Below are positions 57,645-64,000 of a DNA stretch of 64,000 bases, in pieces; the stretch's first letter is position 1; the number at the start of each line of letters is the position of its first letter. The position numbers were made by a program, and so were the translations under genes. Source of the stretch: an uncultured Candidatus Saccharibacteria bacterium. GTDB lineage: Bacteria; Patescibacteriota; Saccharimonadia; Saccharimonadales; Saccharimonadaceae. The stretch lies in the NCBI GenBank assembly GCA_963523045.1, contig CAURBE010000003.1, positions 12,528-76,527 of the forward strand. Reading direction: 5' to 3'. Below the pieces are notes generated by a model. The model worked only from the letters and a program-made list of their open reading frames with translations, ran no database searches and was not told where the DNA came from.

Positions 57645-58889
57645 TTAGATTGCTGTCATTGATAAACTTGGCTGGACTTTCAGGTCGTACGGGTCGGCGG
57701 GCTGGTCGATGTGGGCGCGGAAATAACTGAGCGCGGCGATCATGGCGGCGTTGTCGGTGCAGAGCTGTATAGGTGCGTACTCGATAGTAATGGGCAAGGC
57801 TTGGCGCAGCTGGCGGCGTAATTCTTGGTTGGCGGCGACGCCGCCGGCGATGACGACGGAGGCAGGCTGGAAATTGTCATAGGCTTTCTTAGTCTTATCG
57901 ACTAGGGTTTTAACGGCGGTGTATTGGAAACTGGCTGCCATATTATGCCTTAGTTCGTCGGTTACTAGGGTAGGAAGCTCGTGCGACGGAAAAGTGAAGT
58001 CTTTACCTACTTCGCGCTGCACGGTTCTCAGAACGGCTGTCTTGAGGCCAGAGAAGGAAAAATCGTACTCGCCGGCGAGCTTGGCGATAGGTAGGTGAAA
58101 GGCGCGGGGATCACCTAGTTCGGCTGCTTTGGCGATGGCCGGGCCGCCAGGGTAGGGCAGGCCAATGATTTTAGCGACCTTGTCGAACGCCTCGCCGACG
58201 GCGTCGTCTTGAGTTTGGCCGATGAGTTGGTAGTCGCCGTGATTCTGGAAAAGGACGAGTTGCGAATGTCCGCCAGAGACGATGAGGGCGAGGAGGGGGA
58301 AGGCGGGTTGATGGTGCGGTAAAGACAGTGCCAAATTGCTGGAATTAACAACGGCTTCCGCACGCCGAGACTCTTTCTCGTCAGATTCTTTGGCGACTGC
58401 GGGACTCGCTTTGCTCAAACAGTCCTCGTCTCGCAAGGAATCTGACAAGCTCGCCTCTCGGGTTTGTGCAGATGTTGTTAATTCCAGCAATTTGTCATGT
58501 TTTGAGCCTCTCTTTCTCTGTTCTGTAATGAAATTAGCATACACATGCGCCTCGACATGGTGTATTTTGTAAAGCGGCTTATTGTGAATGATGGCGAGGG
58601 TGCGGGCGGCGAGGGTGCCGATGAGCAGCGAGCCGATCAGGCCGGGCGCGTAGGTGACGGCGATGGCGTCGATGTCGTCCCAGGTGCAATCAGCGTCAGA
58701 CAGGGCTTTTTTGATGACCGGGTTGACAACTTCCAGGTGGCTGCGGGCGGCGATTTCCGGGATGACGCCGCCGTATTCGGCATGGATGTCAATTTGGGAA
58801 TTGACCACATTAGAAAGCAAGCGTTCGCCGTCTTCAACGATCGCCGCCGCTGTTTCGTCGCAGCTGGACTCGATTCCCAAAATCCTCAT
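57645..58889 (-). CDS. tsaD: tRNA N6-adenosine threonylcarbamoyltransferase with internal insertion
   Basis: GIESSCDET, HHVEAH, VSGGH, DDAVGEAFDK, FSFSGLKT, CTDNAAMI. Confidence 0.97.
   Translation of the reverse strand: MRILGIESSCDETAAAIVEDGERLLSNVVNSQIDIHAEYGGVIPEIAARSHLEVVNPVIKKALSDADCTWDDIDAIAVTYAPGLIGSLLIGTLAARTLAIIHNKPLYKIHHVEAHVYANFITEQRKRGSKHDKLLELTTSAQTREASLSDSLRDEDCLSKASPAVAKESDEKESRRAEAVVNSSNLALSLPHHQPAFPLLALIVSGGHSQLVLFQNHGDYQLIGQTQDDAVGEAFDKVAKIIGLPYPGGPAIAKAAELGDPRAFHLPIAKLAGEYDFSFSGLKTAVLRTVQREVGKDFTFPSHELPTLVTDELRHNMAASFQYTAVKTLVDKTKKAYDNFQPASVVIAGGVAANQELRRQLRQALPITIEYAPIQLCTDNAAMIAALSYFRAHIDQPADPYDLKVQPSLSMTAI
58329..58497. mobile_element. Palindromic (RPE/MITE-like) element inserted in frame in tsaD
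   Basis: Perfect 21-bp inverted repeats at 58332-58352 and 58474-58494 plus nested internal stems; mobility is inferred, not shown. Confidence 0.7.
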
Positions 58890-58929
58890 TTGCTTTTATT
58901 ATAGCAAATATAAGTGGTAAAATAGGGAT

Positions 58930-60246
58930 ATGAAGAACAAGTTGGTAAAAATTGCGAGGAAAACATTACCGAAGGGGGCTTTGAAAAATACGGAGAATGC
59001 CTACAGGATTACTCGCACGAAGATGGTTAGCCTGCGGTATGGCAATCCGGCTCGCGGCTTGAGGATCATTGCGGTGACCGGGACGAACGGTAAAACGACG
59101 ACCGCTTGTTATATTAATGAGATTTTGAAAGAGGCTGGTTTTAAGACGGCGTTGTTTACGACGGCGGTGATTGAAATTGCCGGCCAGGAAAAACTGAACG
59201 ATTTGAATGCAACGGTACCGACGGTGGCGAAGCTGTTTCGTTTTTTCCGGGCAGCGCGGCGTAAAGGCGCGGAATATGTGATTTTAGAGGCGACCAGTCA
59301 CGCTTTATGGCAGCATAAGTTTGACGGCGTGCCAATTGAGGCGGCGGTGATGACGAATTTGACGCAAGATCATTTGGATTACCATAAGACGATGAAGCAA
59401 TACGCGGAAGCGAAGGCGAAATTATTTGAGAAAAAGCCGAAATACATTGTACTAAACCGCGATGATGCGTGGTTTGATTATTTTAATCAGTTTACGGCGT
59501 GCGAGCAAAAGATGACTTACGGTATGAATCCAGAAGCCGAGGCGCACATCACGCACGTCAAATTGTATAAGAAGGGGACGGAGGCGAGTTTGCTGATCGA
59601 CCATCAAACCCATCTGGAGCTGGCGACAAATCTGCCGGGCGAATTTAACGTGATGAATATGTCGGCGGCGGTGTCGCTAGCGTATCTGTTGGGGATTAAG
59701 TTGGAGGATATTCAGGAAGGCGTAGCGAACTTGGAGGTGATTCCGGGACGGTTTGAACGGGTGGATAATAAACTCGGGATTGATATTATCGTGGACTATG
59801 CGCACACGCCGGATGCGTTGGAAAAATTGTTAAAGACTACGCAAAAGATTACTAAGGGGCGGCTAATCCTGGTGTTTGGGGCGTGCGGCGACCGCGATCA
59901 GTCGAAGCGGCCGATTATGGGAGAGCTAGCAGCTAACTTGGTAGACAGGATTTTCCTGACAGATGAGGAAAGCTATAATGAAGATCCAGATGAGATTCGG
60001 GCGATGGTTCGCCAAGGGATTGAAAAGACGAAAAAATCTCATAAAATGACGGAAGTGGCCGACCGGAGGCAGGCGATTAGCCAAGCTTTGCAGACGGCAG
60101 CGCGCGGCGATACGGTTTTAATTACCGGTATGGGCCATGAGCAGTACCGAATTGTTAATGGCAAGCGGATTCCATGGAATGATAAGGCGGTGGTGAGCGA
60201 GATTATTGCCGAGATTGGTCAAGAGAATCGTAAAATTTCGCTTTAA
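58930..60246 (+). CDS. murE: UDP-MurNAc-tripeptide synthetase
   Basis: VTGTNGKTTT, EATSH, TNLTQDHLDYH, PGRFE, VDYAHTPDAL. Confidence 0.93.
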   Translation: MKNKLVKIARKTLPKGALKNTENAYRITRTKMVSLRYGNPARGLRIIAVTGTNGKTTTACYINEILKEAGFKTALFTTAVIEIAGQEKLNDLNATVPTVAKLFRFFRAARRKGAEYVILEATSHALWQHKFDGVPIEAAVMTNLTQDHLDYHKTMKQYAEAKAKLFEKKPKYIVLNRDDAWFDYFNQFTACEQKMTYGMNPEAEAHITHVKLYKKGTEASLLIDHQTHLELATNLPGEFNVMNMSAAVSLAYLLGIKLEDIQEGVANLEVIPGRFERVDNKLGIDIIVDYAHTPDALEKLLKTTQKITKGRLILVFGACGDRDQSKRPIMGELAANLVDRIFLTDEESYNEDPDEIRAMVRQGIEKTKKSHKMTEVADRRQAISQALQTAARGDTVLITGMGHEQYRIVNGKRIPWNDKAVVSEIIAEIGQENRKISL

Positions 60247-61492
60247 TTCGCTGCCAATTTGGCGATTGGCGGACGAGTTTCTGGCTGTCGGCGGGATTTT
60301 TAAGGAGCGGCTTGATGGCTTCCTCGAGGTAGATACCGCCCTGCGAGCCTTTGAAAAGGATGGTTGAGTCTTTAATATCGCTGTTTTTTAAGAATTCGCC
60401 AGCTTCTGGGGCTGATTGGAAAGATGTGACTTTGCAGCCGTTTGCTTCGGCGGTTGGCGCTAGGTAGGTTTTTGACAGGCCGCCGACAGTGATAAGCAGG
60501 TCTAATTGCTTAGGATCGCATAGCTTGCCAATTTTCTTATGCTCCGATTCGGATATGTCGCCAAGCTCGTTCATATCGCCTAAAACCGCGATTTTATGCT
60601 TAGATTCCAGGGAATAGAGGGTTTTCAATGAATGTTCCATGGCGATGGGGCTGGCGTTATATGTGTCATCTAGCAATGTACAACCCCGTATGCCGTGCAA
60701 GATGTTCATTCTGCCAGAAACAGGTTGGATTTTTGCTAGGGATGCCGCTACCTCTTCAATATCCATGCCGCAGGCCAGTCCCGCTGCTGCCGCGCCGGTG
60801 ATGGAACGAATGTTATGCTCGCCCAGCATGGAGATAGTAATCGTGCGGGACGTTTTTCTGGAAAATTGCAAATTTGCTGTATAGCCGCTGCCGGTAAACT
60901 TTTTGATTTTTAGGAAAACGTCGGCAGCTTGGTCGCCATAGCTAATACGATTTCCGGCGATGAGAGAATGATATTTTTTATTAATGTCGTGAAGGTTGAA
61001 TATGGTTTTTTTAGTTGCCTGGCTGATGGACAACTCTTCACGCGCTACCGCGTCCATTGTTTTAAAAAATTCCATATGCTCCGGCGCAACAGAGGTGATA
61101 ATGGCAATGTCAGGCCGCATGTACTTGGTGAATATCGACATTTCGCCTGGGCGGTCGATGCCGCATTCTTGAATAATAATATCGGGCGCATCTGGATTTT
61201 TAATGCTGGTGCGGGCGGCAGCGAAAACTTTTAGCCAAGCCAAGGGAGATTTGGCGTTTTTCGGTCCATCAACGCCGAGGATTTCCAGAGGCGCGCTTAA
61301 GGTGGTATTCAAATTGCCGCGGCTATGGCGGACAGTGAACTTTTCTGCCAAAACAGTGGCGGTCGCCGACTTGACGCTGGTTTTACCGACGCTGCCAACC
61401 ACGGCAATGAGTTTAACGTTGGGGTGAGATTTAAGATATTGCTTAACGTAAGAACCGAGGATTTTTTCTAAAAGATGTTTGAATAATTGCAT
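60203..61492 (-). CDS. murF: UDP-MurNAc-tripeptide--D-Ala-D-Ala ligase
   Basis: GSVGKTS, GRM, DDTYNASP, VLGDMNELG, FKGSQ. Confidence 0.92.
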   Translation of the reverse strand: MQLFKHLLEKILGSYVKQYLKSHPNVKLIAVVGSVGKTSVKSATATVLAEKFTVRHSRGNLNTTLSAPLEILGVDGPKNAKSPLAWLKVFAAARTSIKNPDAPDIIIQECGIDRPGEMSIFTKYMRPDIAIITSVAPEHMEFFKTMDAVAREELSISQATKKTIFNLHDINKKYHSLIAGNRISYGDQAADVFLKIKKFTGSGYTANLQFSRKTSRTITISMLGEHNIRSITGAAAAGLACGMDIEEVAASLAKIQPVSGRMNILHGIRGCTLLDDTYNASPIAMEHSLKTLYSLESKHKIAVLGDMNELGDISESEHKKIGKLCDPKQLDLLITVGGLSKTYLAPTAEANGCKVTSFQSAPEAGEFLKNSDIKDSTILFKGSQGGIYLEEAIKPLLKNPADSQKLVRQSPNWQRIKAKFYDSLDQSRQ

Positions 61493-61525
61493 GGGGATAT
61501 TATAGCAGAGTGATAGTAATTAAAA

Positions 61526-61552
61526 TTAGCACTCACCCTTGACGAGTGCTAA
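61526..61552. promoter_or_regulatory. CIRCE element (HrcA operator)
   Basis: Exact TTAGCACTC-N9-GAGTGCTAA upstream of groES; overlaps TTGACG (-35), TACAAT at 61563. Confidence 0.97.
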
Positions 61553-61598
61553 TTTGGTGCGGTACAATGGGTGTATTGTTAACGAAACGGAGGATGAT

Positions 61599-61865
61599 AT
61601 GGATACACCTATCAAGCCTCTCGGCGACCGCGTGGTAGCGGTGCGCGAGGAGGCGAAAACGCAGACGGCCAGCGGATTATATTTGCCGGATAGCTCGAAG
61701 GAGAAGCCAGTGGTGGCTGAGGTTAAAGCAGTTGGCGGCGACGTCAAAAATGTGAAGGTGGGCGACAAGATTGTTTATAAGGAATATTCGACCACGGATT
61801 TGAAAATTGACGGCACGGAATATTTGGTCGTCCGCGAGGAAGATATTTTAGCAACGGTTGTTTGA
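61599..61865 (+). CDS. groES: Co-chaperonin GroES
   Basis: IKPLGDRVV, TASGLYLPD, VKVGDKI, EEDILA; GGAGG RBS before ATG 61599. Confidence 0.97.
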   Translation: MDTPIKPLGDRVVAVREEAKTQTASGLYLPDSSKEKPVVAEVKAVGGDVKNVKVGDKIVYKEYSTTDLKIDGTEYLVVREEDILATVV

Positions 61866-61884
61866 GAAAAGAGGAGTTTTTATT

Positions 61885-63528
61885 ATGGCAAAAAAAGTTT
61901 TTTACGATGATGATGCGCGCGCTCGCGTGTTGGGCGGTGCCGAGGCGCTGTATAACGCAGTTAAGGTAACCTACGGGCCAAAGGGCCGCAATGTGGTGAT
62001 CGCCAAGGGGTTTGGCGGGCCAACCGTGACGCACGATGGCGTAACAGTGGCAGAAGGCATCGAGCTACCAGAGAATGATGATGAGACGCTAGGCTACAAG
62101 GTTGGTGCTGATTTGATCAAGCAGGCGGCCAAGAACCTGAACAAGCAGGCTGGTGACGGTACCACAACCGTAACAGTGCTAACCTATTCGATTTTGAAGG
62201 AGGCTAACCGGTTGATCGCGGCGGGCCACAACCCGATGGAATTGCGTAAAGGCATCGAGCAGGCCGGCGCAGAAATTGTCAAAGAACTGAACAAATTAGC
62301 GGAGCCAATTGAGGGTAAATCTGAGCGCGTGGCGGAAGTGGCAACCATTTCGGCGGGCGACGCGGAAATTGGCAAATTGATCGCTGGTGTCATCGAAAAA
62401 GTTGGCAAAGACGGCGTGGTGACAGTCGAGGCTGGCCAAGGTTTGGAGCTGGAAGCCGAGGTTGTTGAGGGCTTCAGCCTGGACAAAGGCTGGGTCAGTC
62501 CATTCTTCGTCACCGACACCGGTCGGCAAGAGGCGGTTTACGAAAAGCCGGCAATTTTGATCACCGATAAGAAAATTTCTAGCGTGCAAGAATTCCTGCC
62601 AATGTTGGAGAAATTGGCACAAAGTGGGAAAAAGGACGTGGTGCTGATCGCTGATGAAGTTGAAGGTGAGGCGCTGAGTATTTTGGTGCTGAACAAGCTC
62701 AAGGGCATATTTAATACCGTGGCGGTCAAGGCACCAAGCTTTGGCGACCGCCGTAAGGAGATTTTGCGCGATATCGCAGTGCTGACTGGCGCAACGGTGA
62801 TTTCTGAGGACCACGGTTTGACATTTGAGAACGCTGGTCTGGAGGTATTGGGTTCAGCGCGCAAGGTGATTGTCGGCAAAGATGAAACCACCATCGTTGA
62901 GGGCGCGGGCAAGCCGTCAGCTGTGAAGGAGCAGATCGCTCAGATCAAGGCACTGTCCGACAACGCCTCCAGTGAATATGAAAAAGAACAATTCGACAAG
63001 CGAGCAGCGGCCTTGAGTGGCAAGGTGGCCGTCATCAAAGTCGGCGGCGCAACCGAGACAGAAATTGACGAAAAGAAGTTCCGGGTGGACGACGCAGTGG
63101 CAGCGACCAAGGCAGCCTTGGCTGAGGGAATTGTCGCTGGTGGTGGTGTAACGCTGGTAAACTTGGCTGGCGGTTTGAAAGTGAGCGGTGCAGATAGCAT
63201 TGCGGCTGGCCGGCAGATTCTGAAGGACGCCTTAAAGCAGCCATTCCTGCAGATTATGCGTAACGCTGGCTTGAATGCCGACGCGCTCCTGGCGCAAGTC
63301 GAGGCGGGCAAGGCCGGATTTGGCGTTAACGTCATGGATCCGGAAGCAGGTCTCGTGGATGTCAAAAAAGCTGGCGTCATCGACCCAGCGCGCGTCACCA
63401 AGGAAGCGGTGCAGAACGCGGTGTCCATCGCTTCAACTGCAGCGACCATGGGCGCATTGGTCGTCGACGTACCAGAGCCAGAAGCTCCAGCTGCACCTGG
63501 TGGCATGCCGGGTATGGGGATGATGTAG
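61885..63528 (+). CDS. groEL: Chaperonin GroEL
   Basis: GPKGRNV, AGDGTTT, KAPSFGDRRK, GGM tail; GAGGAG RBS before ATG 61885. Confidence 0.98.
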   Translation: MAKKVFYDDDARARVLGGAEALYNAVKVTYGPKGRNVVIAKGFGGPTVTHDGVTVAEGIELPENDDETLGYKVGADLIKQAAKNLNKQAGDGTTTVTVLTYSILKEANRLIAAGHNPMELRKGIEQAGAEIVKELNKLAEPIEGKSERVAEVATISAGDAEIGKLIAGVIEKVGKDGVVTVEAGQGLELEAEVVEGFSLDKGWVSPFFVTDTGRQEAVYEKPAILITDKKISSVQEFLPMLEKLAQSGKKDVVLIADEVEGEALSILVLNKLKGIFNTVAVKAPSFGDRRKEILRDIAVLTGATVISEDHGLTFENAGLEVLGSARKVIVGKDETTIVEGAGKPSAVKEQIAQIKALSDNASSEYEKEQFDKRAAALSGKVAVIKVGGATETEIDEKKFRVDDAVAATKAALAEGIVAGGGVTLVNLAGGLKVSGADSIAAGRQILKDALKQPFLQIMRNAGLNADALLAQVEAGKAGFGVNVMDPEAGLVDVKKAGVIDPARVTKEAVQNAVSIASTAATMGALVVDVPEPEAPAAPGGMPGMGMM

Positions 63529-63552
63529 GTTCTCGCTCATCTAAGTTTCTTG

Positions 63553-63583
63553 AAAATATCGCTCTAATTTAGGGCGATATTTT
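63553..63583 (+). terminator. Intrinsic terminator after groEL
   Basis: aaaatatcgctcta-att-tagggcgatatttt. Confidence 0.8.
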
Positions 63584-63781
63584 AACATAAAAAATATCAG
63601 GTTTTATTTCCATTAATACTACAAAAAAGCAATCTCACACCTGTAAAGTTAGTAATAATTTGTCAAGACTTTTCTCGTAATTATGATATAATAGTTGACT
63701 TTTTATAGAAATTATGCTAATAATATATCACAAGACAAAGAAAGCGAAAGAATAAGATTTTATGAAAGGAATACTGTAATT

Positions 63782-64000
63782 ATGAGCGAAACTTTAACAA
63801 CTGGAGATTTTTGGAGGGAAGAACCCGATCCCAGCAGCCTCAATGCTGAACAGCGTCGTGGAGTAGAGCAGGAGGCGGCGTATGAAAAATGGTGGGATCA
63901 GCATTCTAACAATAAAGAAGGCAATACCACTGCACCAGATAGTTCACTAGATGGGTACGTAAAACGCCTTAATGGAGAAATCTCTGGGTATCCTGTAGCG
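63782..64000 (+). CDS. Hypothetical protein, runs off the window end
   Basis: Open frame MSETLTTGDFWREEPDP... to base 64000; AAAGGA and promoter-like motifs upstream. Confidence 0.6.
   Translation, partial: MSETLTTGDFWREEPDPSSLNAEQRRGVEQEAAYEKWWDQHSNNKEGNTTAPDSSLDGYVKRLNGEISGYPVA

Noticed and set aside
58329..58497. Intein or group I/II intron in tsaD
   Set aside because: Too short, lacks intein C/S...HN termini and recognisable ribozyme cores; better explained as a palindromic insertion
61744..63523. Long antisense and alternate-frame ORFs over groEL (similar ones over valS, rmlC and the VirB6-like genes)
   Set aside because: Expected shadow ORFs of well-supported genes, with no independent motifs or start signals

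Overview
Chromosomal window spanning the replication origin of a streamlined bacterium. Gene content and layout point to Candidatus Saccharibacteria (TM7, Patescibacteria/CPR); this is an inference, no database search was run. Layout: (1) 1-25.4 kb, a surface-glycan locus with rmlB/C/D/A, a second rmlD-like gene, GT2/GT4/GT8 enzymes, a Wzx-like flippase, Wzm/Wzt, GtrA/GtrB, two tandem DUF2142-like membrane proteins and a secreted ChW-repeat protein; (2) 25.4-30.3 kb, jag-yidC-rnpA-rpmH / dnaA-oriC-dnaN; (3) 30.3-50.2 kb, a monoderm-type type IV secretion cluster (two VirB6-like genes, PrgI, a VirB4-like ATPase, peptidoglycan hydrolases, six tandem VirB2-like pilins) interrupted by a lipoprotein, a Fic gene and tRNA-Asp, with no relaxase, coupling protein or integrase visible; (4) 50-64 kb, hsp20, comF, rlmH, four tRNAs, valS, a FemABX-like gene, tsaD, murE, murF and CIRCE-groES-groEL. 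The most unusual signal is a ~165-bp hairpin element with perfect 21-bp terminal inverted repeats sitting in frame inside tsaD and stop-free in both orientations, reminiscent of Rickettsia palindromic elements. Also notable: an identical 361-bp 3' cassette shared by the two DUF2142-like paralogs, apparently leaderless promoters, a nested palindromic operator before fic, tRNA-Arg(GCG), and a Bacillus-like DnaA-trio unwinding element.
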